Below are positions 10,156 through 18,973 of a DNA stretch of 64,000 nt, in pieces; the stretch's first letter is position 1, and the number at the start of each line of letters is the position of its first letter. The stretch is from Candidatus Hydrogenedentota bacterium (GTDB lineage Bacteria; Hydrogenedentota; Hydrogenedentia; Hydrogenedentales; SLHB01). The notes beneath the pieces are model-generated. The model did no database searches. It was given only the letters and a program-made list of their open reading frames with translations, and was not told where the DNA came from. The DNA lies in the NCBI GenBank assembly GCA_045863295.1, contig BTWA01000007.1, forward strand, positions 77,889 to 141,888. Reading direction: 5' to 3'. A program made the position numbers and the translations under genes.

Positions 10156-11136
10156 TTACGTCCGGGCCTTGGCCGGCGCTGGCACAAATGGATCGCTGAA
10201 AATCTCCTGGAGACTAGCCCCGGCCAGAAACGCCTTCCTGTGCATGGATGTTACCAATTCAGGGGCTCCGCAAAGGAACACTCTCCAACCCTTCAACGTC
10301 CCGACCGTCGAAAGCGCATGCTGTTCAATTGCGCCCACATGGACATCGTCCTCCGCGGGCCCATCAAGCACACAGGGATGGTAGTAAAAGCATTCGTGCA
10401 ATTCCGAAAGCTCTCGAAGTTCGTCCACAAGATAGAGCCCTTCCCTGCGAAGACTTCCGTGGAACAAATGGATAGGACCCGTATGCCCGCCAAGAATCGC
10501 ATCACGGGCAATGGCAAAGAGCGGTGCCAGCCCGGTGCCCGTGCCCAACAGTAAAATGGGCTGCTCGGGCTTGCCCGGCACATAAAAACAGTTGCCGTTG
10601 GGACCCTGTAGCGTAACCTTGTCTCCCGGCTGTGCGCCGTCCGAAACCCAGCCGCTCATGGCGCCCCCGGGAATCAAGGCCATATGAAAGAGCAAATCGC
10701 CATCCAATTCAGGCACACTGGCTATGGAATAACTGCGCGATACGCCGTGACCATTGATTATCGTCACGTATTGGCCGCCCCAGTATTCCTTCATGTCAGG
10801 CGCGGACACGCGTAATTCAATCACCTTCTCCGACAGCTGCCGTTTGGATTGAATCACGCCCTCATACCGGAACCCGTCGCCCGGCATAACCACGCGCAAA
10901 TCGCTTTCCGGCTTACAGCGGCACGCGAGAAAAAAGTGTTGTGCCTTGAGCGTATCCTTTAATCCCGACTGCGATTCGACTGGAGGTACACCCTCAATCG
11001 CGCGCATAAGGCAGGATTTGCACACGCCGCTCCGGCATGAACTCGGCACCGAATGGCCGTGCCGCTCCAACGTTTCGAGAACGGTCTCACCATCGGCGAT
11101 CTCGCAGGTGCTGTCCGCGAATAGTACCCTGGCCAT
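10156..11136 (-). CDS. Oxidoreductase with N-terminal [2Fe-2S] ferredoxin domain plus FAD/NAD(P)-binding ferredoxin-reductase-type domains
   Basis: A Cys cluster SCRSGVCKSC...C is typical of plant-type 2Fe-2S ferredoxin. RSYSIAS matches the FAD-binding RxYS motif and LLLGTGTGLAPL the NAD(P)-binding motif. The start is chosen at the internal Met (MARVLFADST, 11136) rather than track 11193, which would overlap the upstream gene by 44 nt. Confidence 0.8.
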   Translation of the reverse strand: MARVLFADSTCEIADGETVLETLERHGHSVPSSCRSGVCKSCLMRAIEGVPPVESQSGLKDTLKAQHFFLACRCKPESDLRVVMPGDGFRYEGVIQSKRQLSEKVIELRVSAPDMKEYWGGQYVTIINGHGVSRSYSIASVPELDGDLLFHMALIPGGAMSGWVSDGAQPGDKVTLQGPNGNCFYVPGKPEQPILLLGTGTGLAPLFAIARDAILGGHTGPIHLFHGSLRREGLYLVDELRELSELHECFYYHPCVLDGPAEDDVHVGAIEQHALSTVGTLKGWRVFLCGAPELVTSMHRKAFLAGASLQEIFSDPFVPAPAKART

Positions 11137-11149
11137 CGGATGGATTGGC

Positions 11150-11515
11150 CTACCGGCCAAGCACGTCGGCCCGGGTCGTTTCGACAATGGCAAGCACTTC
11201 GTCGATGTCTTTTCTGGGCACGTTGAGTTCGGTCAGCGCTTTGGAAAGATTCTCAGCCACGGCGTTGAAATGAGTGTCGTTCAGCCCCTTTGCAACCAGC
11301 GCGGCATGCGCACCACGCATGTCTTTGCCGGAATACGCGTGCGGCCCGCCAAAAGCAAGCGTCATGAAAGCCTTTTGCTTGGCCGCCTGCCGCTCCATGT
11401 CTATCCCGTCGAACCAGAAATTAATCCGATCATCGGAAAGGACATGCCGGTAAAATACGTCAACCGCGGCGTCTACTGCCGCTTCTCCGCCCAATCGTTC
11501 ATACAAGGTGCTCAT
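11150..11515 (-). CDS. Truncated haemoglobin (group I, trHbN-like globin)
   Basis: MSTLYERLGGEAAVDAAVDVFYRHVLSDDRINFWF... fits the 2-on-2 globin N-terminal pattern. The track ORF 11150..11632 has a 39-aa low-complexity leader, so the internal ATG at 11515 is preferred. Confidence 0.75.
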   Translation of the reverse strand: MSTLYERLGGEAAVDAAVDVFYRHVLSDDRINFWFDGIDMERQAAKQKAFMTLAFGGPHAYSGKDMRGAHAALVAKGLNDTHFNAVAENLSKALTELNVPRKDIDEVLAIVETTRADVLGR

Positions 11516-11561
11516 GCGCAATCTCCCCCTGGTGAAAATCAAACTCGACACATGTAAACTA

Positions 11562-11584
11562 AAGATATATAATATATACATGTT
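11562..11584. promoter_or_regulatory. Imperfect 11-1-11 palindrome AAGATATATAA-T-ATATACATGTT in the divergent intergenic region; candidate NsrR/Rrf2 operator overlapping AT-rich -10-like elements
   Basis: Read directly from the sequence. The right half ATATACATGTT resembles the NsrR half-site AAATACATnTT, and ACATGT occurs twice (11550-11555 and 11578-11583). It lies between the trHb operon start (11515, minus) and the Rrf2 gene start (11656, plus). Confidence 0.35.
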
Positions 11585-11655
11585 TTGCGCCGCGATGTCA
11601 ACCAAGCCTCGCACCGTGCTATACTGTCCCACCGGTGGGTAGTAAGGAAGACGGT

Positions 11656-12090
11656 ATGCATTTGACGCTTTATACGGATTACAGCCTCCGGCTCTTGCTA
11701 TTTCTCGCCATTCAACCCGAAGGGGCCACCATCACCGAAGTCGCCGAACGTTACGGAATCTCCAGAAACCATCTGGTCCGCATTGTTCACGATCTCGGAA
11801 AGAAGGGATGGATCGCCACTGAGCGGGGGAGAGGGGGGGGCATCAAGTTAGCCAAAGACCCCGGCGAAATCAATCTCGGATCGGTGGTACGCGATATGGA
11901 ACCGTTTCAAATAGTCGAATGTTTCAATGCCATATCAAACACCTGTGTAATCGCACCGTCGTGTCTAATGAAAAAAGTGCTCGCCGACGCGGCCGAAGCC
12001 TTTCTGGCCGAACTTGAAAAGTACACGCTTGCCGATCTGATCAAGAACAAAAAGATGTTGTCAAAACACCTGATCGAGCTGGCATCATGA
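11656..12090 (+). CDS. Rrf2-family transcriptional regulator (NsrR/IscR-like, three conserved Cys for an Fe-S cluster)
   Basis: The N-terminal winged-HTH region MHLTLYTDYSLRLLLFLA is typical of Rrf2. The C-x8-C-x5-C cluster ECFNAISNTCVIAPSC is consistent with an Fe-S ligand set. An SD-like aaggaag sits 6 nt upstream of ATG 11656; the track start 11635 is a GTG. Confidence 0.8.
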   Translation: MHLTLYTDYSLRLLLFLAIQPEGATITEVAERYGISRNHLVRIVHDLGKKGWIATERGRGGGIKLAKDPGEINLGSVVRDMEPFQIVECFNAISNTCVIAPSCLMKKVLADAAEAFLAELEKYTLADLIKNKKMLSKHLIELAS

Positions 12091-12104
12091 CCGTGCATTG
12101 ACGT

Positions 12105-13052
12105 TTACTCTTTGCCCATCGTGTTCCTCAGGGTGCCGATTCCGTCTACGCTGGCTTCGATCACGTCCCCGTTTTTCAAATAACGGCCGGTAGCCATTGC
12201 CACGCCGGAAGGCGTCCCCGTGGATATGATATCGCCGGCATGCAGTGTTACCGATTGCGTGATGAACGCGATTACCGCGGCCACCGGAAACACCATTTGC
12301 GCGGTAAGGGCGTTCTGCCGGATCTCGCCATTCACCGTAAGCTTCAACCCCAGCGTCTGCGGATCCGGAATGGCCTTGGCGGAAGTCACGCACGGTCCGA
12401 TCGGGCAGAAGCCGTCATGCCACTTGCCGTGCAGCCAGTCGAAAAACGGGTCGCGCTCCCGCTTCTTGCGATTCGGGAACGGACGATATACGCGATCAGA
12501 TATGTCATTGACCACCGTATACCCCGCCACAAAGTCCAGCGCATTGCCTTCATTCGCATGCTTGCAAGTCTTGCCGATCACCACTGCCAACTCGCATTCA
12601 TAGTCAATATGATCCGGTGAGACGCGGGGAATGAGCACCGGCGCATTCGGATGATTGACCGTTGTAACCGGTTTCATGAACACGTAGGGAAACGTTTCTT
12701 CCCGCTCCACTTCAGCCTCGCCGCCTTCTTTGATGTGTTCGACATAATTGCCCGCGAGCAACAGTATCTTTCCCGGCGAAGGAATGGGACTCTGCAGCGT
12801 AATGCCGTCCACCGGCACGGACAGCGCCTGCTTTTCAGCGGGATTCGCGTCCAGCCATGCTGAGACGGCATGGGCAACGTCTGCCTTTGCGCCGCCCGGA
12901 AGCAATTCCATAATCTCCGTTGCACTCAGGTCGGCATCCCGACCGGCCTTTGCCTTGTATGCACCAGAGGCATCGGACAGCGGCACAACGGTGTCGTCGT
13001 AGTAATAGCCGAACGACGGCTGGCTGTTCTTCAAAAAGCGGCAAATACGCAT
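12105..13052 (-). CDS. Fumarylacetoacetate hydrolase (FAH) family protein
   Basis: The FAH-fold signature region KILLLAGNYVEHIKEGG...DYECELAVVIGK...GDIISTGTPSGV runs the full length of the 315-aa product. Confidence 0.85.
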   Translation of the reverse strand: MRICRFLKNSQPSFGYYYDDTVVPLSDASGAYKAKAGRDADLSATEIMELLPGGAKADVAHAVSAWLDANPAEKQALSVPVDGITLQSPIPSPGKILLLAGNYVEHIKEGGEAEVEREETFPYVFMKPVTTVNHPNAPVLIPRVSPDHIDYECELAVVIGKTCKHANEGNALDFVAGYTVVNDISDRVYRPFPNRKKRERDPFFDWLHGKWHDGFCPIGPCVTSAKAIPDPQTLGLKLTVNGEIRQNALTAQMVFPVAAVIAFITQSVTLHAGDIISTGTPSGVAMATGRYLKNGDVIEASVDGIGTLRNTMGKE

Positions 13053-13062
13053 CGTACTCTCC

Positions 13063-15792
13063 TCACTCTTGACGGTATTCCATGAAGTCTTGCCCGGACT
13101 CGCCCTTCAATTCAAACGTACCAACCTGCATGCACGAACCATGACACAACGCCGCCTGAACTACGGTTCCCGCGGCATCACGGCGCACCCATGCAAGATT
13201 CGCATCGGTTTGCGTGCCGTCGGCATTCACCATCCGGGAATCCCGTTCCAATTCTGGATCGACAATTAACATCAGATCGGTTTCCCCGGACACCATGCGT
13301 ATCTTCAGCGCCACGCTCGAATCGCCCATGGCGTTGCCATTGCTGTCCGTGATTTCTATCCTTTCCACCGATTCGACGACGCCCGCAGTGGCATAAGGCT
13401 CCATGACGGCCGCGAACGTGGATTGAAGCACCTCCTCGCTGTCAGCCTGGCGACGTACAAACACGCGGGGTATCCAATGCTCGTTGTCGGATTCGTATCC
13501 CCCGGCAACCACCCAGGCTTCCGCGGTTCCGGCACTTGCATCGGTCGTAAAATCCCAATACCGCATGCCAATTGCACGGGGAAACGGCAGCAGATTGTAT
13601 ACGTCTTCTACGGTCCAGTTCGCGGACCAGCCGGGTTGCGCATTCGCAGCCATGCGGAAATTCCGCATCTGAGTGTTATTGCCATACTCCCCGGCCTCGG
13701 CCAATTCCAGGCCCGAAGTGGACAGTTGACCGTAATGACTGTGAATAAATTTCGTGTGATCCTTGCCGCCTCCCACGCGAAACACGTCGACAACATAAAA
13801 ATGCTCCGGGCCGGCGTCAACCATCACCGCCGTGCGTTCATACCGGTTGCCGTTATTCGTCTCGGGCGCAGCGGCGCGTATGGCCCGAAAACCCACGCCA
13901 TCCGCCCAAAGGGTAGTCGTGCCAGAACCCTTGGGTTGGTTCGCGCCGTCCACGACCACGGTATTGTGCGAGGCCGTCATCTGATACCACCGGGAACGAG
14001 GCGATTCCCAACCGCCAAACTGCACCGGCGGATACCCAAACTCGGGAAGCAAGTCCAAGCCAAACGCAAAAAGGCCAAGGTTCATGGAATCAAAATGACC
14101 GTGGCCGCCGCCGCTGTCGTAATCGAGCCAAAGCGCGCGCGCATTCAAACCGGCTCCCGATCGCAGAATGCCCAGATGCCAAGCCTCCTTGTTCACGCTG
14201 GGATTGACAATAAGTGTGCCTTCGGACCGAATGACGCTTGCCACCTGCGACTGAAACGTCTGAGGATCCGATCCGTATATGTCGTAGGGAAGTCCATCCA
14301 ACTTGTACCCGTTTTCTTTGTATAACACCTGCACGTAGCGGGGATCGCCCGTGGTTTCATACAGACTCCAGAGAAACCGGTTAATCGAAGGCGCCAGTAT
14401 TGTCCAGCCCCCGACATTCGAAACGTTGCCCCCCGGCTTGATGAAATTTACGCCCACGTATTCGTCCACAGGCGCCGCAAAATGGCCCGCATCGCCGCTC
14501 AGCGGATAATACCGCTGGAGACACAACGTATCGATGTGAAATAGATACGTTTGCTTAAGACTTGGCGTGCGCTCAAGTATCCGCTTGGTAAACGTGGGGT
14601 CTGCCTTGTCGAACTCCGCAAGAAAGTGGGCCAACGCCGAAATCGTAAATGACGCATAGCCCGCCAACCCTTTTTCACCGGTCACGCCGTCTACCGCCGT
14701 CGCTTTCGCCAACATGGGATCCACAATCGCCCAGAACGCCTCGTCCGGTTCCTGCAACACCGCCGTCATCACCGCCTTCAAAACTTCTGTGCGGGGATAG
14801 TTGGAATAGATTTTGCCCGGATTGGCCAGCGCATCCCGCAGAATCCGCTCCTCAATGTTACGCTGGACATCCGCAAATGTCGCTTTTGGATTCGCCAGGC
14901 CATACGTCGTCGCCTGCTGGGCAAGAAATGCAGGCAATGCCGTATCCTCCCTCAGCGCTTCGAAAATCATGTCGTAGCTCATCGCCAGTTCGCGCGTTTC
15001 TTCGCAGGTGTCATGCCAGGTCGAAACATATCCCGCGGACGCAGGCCCCTCATACATCACGCCCTGCGCTTTGAAATCGAAGTCGGGATACAAATCCGCC
15101 ACCCGATCCAACATCACGCCCGCCTTGTGCGCATACTCAGGCTCGCCGGTTACCACATACGCCGCGCTAAGCGCTCGAATACCGCCCAAGACCAACTGCT
15201 TCCATTGCCCGTAGATCAGGTACGCGCCAATAAACCGCCAACGTTCGCCTTTCTCGTTCACATACCCGTTTCCATCATCCACGCCATACAGATGAAGCGG
15301 ATCGTTCGGATCGGGATGCTCCGCGTTAAATAACAACGCACGATCGGCCAGTTGCGGATCGAACACTCCGCGCTCATTTAATCCCGAGTCGTAAAATGCC
15401 TTGAAATCATTCTTGGGAAACAATTCGCCGCTGTGCGGACACTCGACTTTCCATGGATGCTCTTGCGCTTTCATAATCCAGTTGTACATCGGCACGGGCT
15501 GGCCCGTCGCCGGCGAGTACCCGTTCGACCACACCATCCAGGACCGGTTGATGGCCGGACCAAACATGAGGTTCCACAATTCATTGTCCGTCTTGGCACG
15601 CCAAAACTCGGCCATTTCCACAATGCCGGTCTTAACCGAAGCCGCCCAAGGATCGTTCGCGATATTCTCGCGCACACGGGCCACCACCTCCGCTGGATAC
15701 AACACGCTGGCAGACTTGGTTTGCCCATGAGCCAAACCCCATACCGTGGATAGACAGGCCAGGAATGCGAGAACGCGCAGGTGCCGAGTCAT
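13063..15792 (-). CDS. Heparinase II/III-like polysaccharide lyase family protein (secreted), second copy
   Basis: Signal peptide MTRHLRVLAFLACLSTVWGLAHG. The C-terminal GGGHGHFDSMNLGLFAFG...SHNTVVVDG matches the heparinase II/III-like motif also seen in 1576..4584. Confidence 0.7.
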   Translation of the reverse strand: MTRHLRVLAFLACLSTVWGLAHGQTKSASVLYPAEVVARVRENIANDPWAASVKTGIVEMAEFWRAKTDNELWNLMFGPAINRSWMVWSNGYSPATGQPVPMYNWIMKAQEHPWKVECPHSGELFPKNDFKAFYDSGLNERGVFDPQLADRALLFNAEHPDPNDPLHLYGVDDGNGYVNEKGERWRFIGAYLIYGQWKQLVLGGIRALSAAYVVTGEPEYAHKAGVMLDRVADLYPDFDFKAQGVMYEGPASAGYVSTWHDTCEETRELAMSYDMIFEALREDTALPAFLAQQATTYGLANPKATFADVQRNIEERILRDALANPGKIYSNYPRTEVLKAVMTAVLQEPDEAFWAIVDPMLAKATAVDGVTGEKGLAGYASFTISALAHFLAEFDKADPTFTKRILERTPSLKQTYLFHIDTLCLQRYYPLSGDAGHFAAPVDEYVGVNFIKPGGNVSNVGGWTILAPSINRFLWSLYETTGDPRYVQVLYKENGYKLDGLPYDIYGSDPQTFQSQVASVIRSEGTLIVNPSVNKEAWHLGILRSGAGLNARALWLDYDSGGGHGHFDSMNLGLFAFGLDLLPEFGYPPVQFGGWESPRSRWYQMTASHNTVVVDGANQPKGSGTTTLWADGVGFRAIRAAAPETNNGNRYERTAVMVDAGPEHFYVVDVFRVGGGKDHTKFIHSHYGQLSTSGLELAEAGEYGNNTQMRNFRMAANAQPGWSANWTVEDVYNLLPFPRAIGMRYWDFTTDASAGTAEAWVVAGGYESDNEHWIPRVFVRRQADSEEVLQSTFAAVMEPYATAGVVESVERIEITDSNGNAMGDSSVALKIRMVSGETDLMLIVDPELERDSRMVNADGTQTDANLAWVRRDAAGTVVQAALCHGSCMQVGTFELKGESGQDFMEYRQE

Positions 15793-15938
15793 GGTAAGTA
15801 CCCCTCTTGAATAACCGCCGCAGGCGATAATATCCGCGAAGTGGAAGCCTTGTCCAAAAAGATGCGCCGCGTGAAATTACAAAAACCCAGCCCGGATCGT
15901 GTACAACGGTAGTCGACTTGGGAAGGGATGCGCGACAC

Positions 15939-17645
15939 ATGACCAGCGGATTGGCGGCGGCGGATTACACCATACTCGCCGGATTCTTCATTGTGCTCCT
16001 TGCGATCGGCCTGTTCTACTCCGGACGTATGAGCACCCTGCGCGATTTTTTCAGCGGCGGACGCCACGTGCCTTGGTGGCTCGCCGGCATATCCCTGTAC
16101 ATGACCACCTTCAGCGCGTTTACATTCGTTTCCTATTCCGCACTGGCATACAAGCACGGCTTCGTGGCGGTGGCCATTTGGTGGTTTTCCATTCCGGGCT
16201 GCCTGTTGAGCGCCTGGTTCCTGGCTTCCCGATGGAGGCGCGCCGCCAGTACAAGTCCCGTCGAGTACCTGGAAACGCGGTACGGGCATGTACTCCGTCA
16301 GTCGTTCAGTTGGTTTGGCATTCCATTGATCGTGCTCGACGACGCATTGAAGTTGTATGTCATCGGCACCATGATGCGTGTGAGCATGGGGTTCGAAAGT
16401 GACAGCGCCATCAATTGGATTATTCTCTTCTGTGGAATAATCATGGTGCTTTACACGCTTCTGGGCGGCCTATGGGCCGTGCTCATCACCGACTTTATTC
16501 AGTTTGTCGTGATGGGGGTCGCCGTGCTCGTTTTATTGCCGCTGACATGGCGCAGGGCAGGAGGCATGGGCGCAATCGCCGATCACCTTCCCACAGGCTT
16601 TGGAGACATCACCGTTGAAACCTACACCTGGCCATGGCTGCTCTCCTTCGCGGTCGTCCTAGCGCTTACCTTCGCCACGAAGTGGCCCTATGTGCAGCGT
16701 TACTACGCCGCGCGCACCGATCAGGAAGCGCGCTGGGTCGGCTACCTCGTCGCCGCGCTCACCCTGCTCGGACCTCCGTTGTTGTTCTTTCCGGCATTCG
16801 GCGCACGCGTCTACCTGCCCGAAGTCGCGGACGCAAATCAGGTCTATGCCCTGCTCTGCAAGGAACTGCTGCCGGCGGGACTCATGGGTATGATGATCGC
16901 CGCCATGTTCTCCGCCACCATGTCCATGCTCTCCAGCGATTACAATTCCGTGGCTTCCGTGGTCACGAACGATATCGTCAAGCGGCTCTTTATGAAACAT
17001 GCATCAGAAAAGAGTCTTGTCCTCGTGGCCCGTCTTTCCACACTGGCCATCGGCCTTCTTGCCATGGGGCTCGCGCTGCTAATCGCTCAGGCAAAAACCA
17101 TGGACGACCTCGTCAAAATCATGGCACAGTTGTTTGCGGCATTGCTTCCTCCCGTGGCCCTTCCCATGGCCGCCGGTCTCTTGTGGCGCCGCGCCACCAA
17201 CGGCGGCGCGCTGATGGGGTTCGCGCTGGGTGCGACCTGCGGCATCGCCGCATCCATTGCAAGCTACACCACCGGCATGAGCTACCTCCGCGAAGTGCAG
17301 TATCTGACATGGCTCACCTTGCTGCCCACGGCCGCAGGCCTAGGACTCGGCAGTCTGCTCTTTGCGGATTCCGCCGATAAAAGCGAACAAGTGCGCAATT
17401 TCATGGACGGCCTGCAAGGCGCCACGGCGCACGTGCCCGAGCCCGCGAGCAAAACGGACGCGGCCGTGGCCATGCGCATTATCGGATTGACCACCCTGTT
17501 GTTGGGGTCATTGCTTTTCGTAAGTGTGTTGCTGACCGCGGGACTGAGTGGACGCGTCTCTCTTCTGGTGGGTCTGCTTATGGCTGCCGGCGGCATGGCA
17601 ACGTATTTGAAATCGCGCGCGATACTCGCCTGCGCTCAAGAGTGA
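15939..17645 (+). CDS. Sodium:solute symporter (SSF) family transporter
   Basis: Polytopic membrane protein with an SSF-like N-terminal pattern (YTILAGFFIVLLAIGLFYSGRMSTLRDFFSGGRHVPWWLAGISL). ATG 15939 is preferred over the TTG at 15918, with a purine-rich ggaaggg 12 nt upstream. Confidence 0.85.
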   Translation: MTSGLAAADYTILAGFFIVLLAIGLFYSGRMSTLRDFFSGGRHVPWWLAGISLYMTTFSAFTFVSYSALAYKHGFVAVAIWWFSIPGCLLSAWFLASRWRRAASTSPVEYLETRYGHVLRQSFSWFGIPLIVLDDALKLYVIGTMMRVSMGFESDSAINWIILFCGIIMVLYTLLGGLWAVLITDFIQFVVMGVAVLVLLPLTWRRAGGMGAIADHLPTGFGDITVETYTWPWLLSFAVVLALTFATKWPYVQRYYAARTDQEARWVGYLVAALTLLGPPLLFFPAFGARVYLPEVADANQVYALLCKELLPAGLMGMMIAAMFSATMSMLSSDYNSVASVVTNDIVKRLFMKHASEKSLVLVARLSTLAIGLLAMGLALLIAQAKTMDDLVKIMAQLFAALLPPVALPMAAGLLWRRATNGGALMGFALGATCGIAASIASYTTGMSYLREVQYLTWLTLLPTAAGLGLGSLLFADSADKSEQVRNFMDGLQGATAHVPEPASKTDAAVAMRIIGLTTLLLGSLLFVSVLLTAGLSGRVSLLVGLLMAAGGMATYLKSRAILACAQE

Positions 17646-17648
17646 ACC

Positions 17649-18965
17649 ATGGAATACGCCAAGAGCAAGTCCCTATATGATAGAGCCTGCACCGTCATCC
17701 CCGGCGGCATTAACAGCAACGTGCGCGCGGTCTCGGAACCGATACCGCTTTTCTATACGCACGGAAAAGACGCGCGCATCTGGGATGCCGACGGCAACGA
17801 ATACATCGACTATGTTCTCGGTCAGGGACCCATGCTCCTCGGCCATTCTCCCGCAAGAGTTATCGAAGCCATCAAGCAGCAGGCGGAGAAAGGCTTGGTA
17901 TACGCGGGACAATCCGAATCGGAAGTGCGCGCGGCTGAACTCATCCGTGAACTCGTGCCCTGCGCCGAAATGGTCCGGTTCAACACCACCGGTTCAGAAG
18001 CGGTGCATGCCGCCATTCGACTGGCCCGCGCCGCCACCGGACGCAAGAAAGTCCTCCGGTTCGAAGGCCACTACCACGGTTGGCTTGACACGATTGCATG
18101 GAATCCTCCCAAGCCCGGCGTTGCTCTGGGCCCACGCGAAAATCCTATCCTGCGCCCGTCTTCCAAGGGACAAACCGAAGAAGACGCCGCCAACCTCTTC
18201 GTACGCCCCTGGAACGACACCGCGCTCGCTGAAGATCTATTTCGCAACCACGGCTCGGAAATCGCCGCCGTCATCTGCGATCCCTTCGCGTGCGCGTCGG
18301 GACTGATCCCCGCGCAACAAGAGTTCCTGCGCACATTGCGCCGTCTTTGCAATGCCCATAATGCCGTCCTGATATTCGATGAAGTGATCACCGGTTTCCG
18401 CGTCGCGCTCGGAGGAGCGCAACAATACTACGGCGTCACGCCCGACCTCGCCACGTTTGCGAAGGCCCTGGGTGGCGGCGTTGCCGTCGCCGCCGTAGCT
18501 GGCAAAGCAGACCTCATGCGCCTGTTTGGCGAATTGGCCACCGTGCACGCCGGCACCTACAACGCAAATCCCCTGGCCATGGCCGCCACCGTGGCTGCCT
18601 TGGAGTTCCTGAAGGAAGAGGGCGGCGCCAATCTGCAACGGGCACACACGCACGGGCAACAGCTATGGGATGGCCTCTCAAACATCGCCGGCGAACTTAA
18701 ATTCCCCCTCCAACTGCGTGGAGTCCCCAGTGTGTTCAGCACCAGCGTTGTACCCGAAAGCGCGACACCGGTCGTCGACTTCCGAACCGCGCTACAGGCC
18801 GATGCGGAAACCGCAAATGCATTCTGGCGCGACATGCACCATCGCGGCGTGCAATTCACCGCGTTCGGTATCTGGTTTCTCTCTACGGCCCATACAAAAG
18901 CGGATATCGACCAGACCCTCGCGGCGGCCCGCGAGTCCCTCCGCGGTCTCGCCGCCCTGAGGTAA
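17649..18965 (+). CDS. Class-III PLP-dependent aminotransferase (glutamate-1-semialdehyde aminomutase-like)
   Basis: IPGGINSNVR...GHSPARVIEAIKQQAEKGLVYAG...FDEVITGFRVALGGAQQYYGVTPDLATFAKALGGG, with the lysine of the AKALGGG motif (TFAKALGGG) as the putative PLP Schiff-base residue. It starts 3 nt after the transporter stop. Confidence 0.85.
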   Translation: MEYAKSKSLYDRACTVIPGGINSNVRAVSEPIPLFYTHGKDARIWDADGNEYIDYVLGQGPMLLGHSPARVIEAIKQQAEKGLVYAGQSESEVRAAELIRELVPCAEMVRFNTTGSEAVHAAIRLARAATGRKKVLRFEGHYHGWLDTIAWNPPKPGVALGPRENPILRPSSKGQTEEDAANLFVRPWNDTALAEDLFRNHGSEIAAVICDPFACASGLIPAQQEFLRTLRRLCNAHNAVLIFDEVITGFRVALGGAQQYYGVTPDLATFAKALGGGVAVAAVAGKADLMRLFGELATVHAGTYNANPLAMAATVAALEFLKEEGGANLQRAHTHGQQLWDGLSNIAGELKFPLQLRGVPSVFSTSVVPESATPVVDFRTALQADAETANAFWRDMHHRGVQFTAFGIWFLSTAHTKADIDQTLAAARESLRGLAALR

Positions 18966-18973
18966 ATGCTGTT

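Noticed and set aside
10033-10554. 173-aa plus-strand ORF overlapping the RRM gene end and the reductase gene
   Set aside because: Out-of-frame/antisense overlap with two well-supported genes. No features of its own.
13423-14325. 300-aa plus-strand ORF
   Set aside because: Antisense to the second heparinase II/III-like gene. Arg/His-rich nonsense composition.
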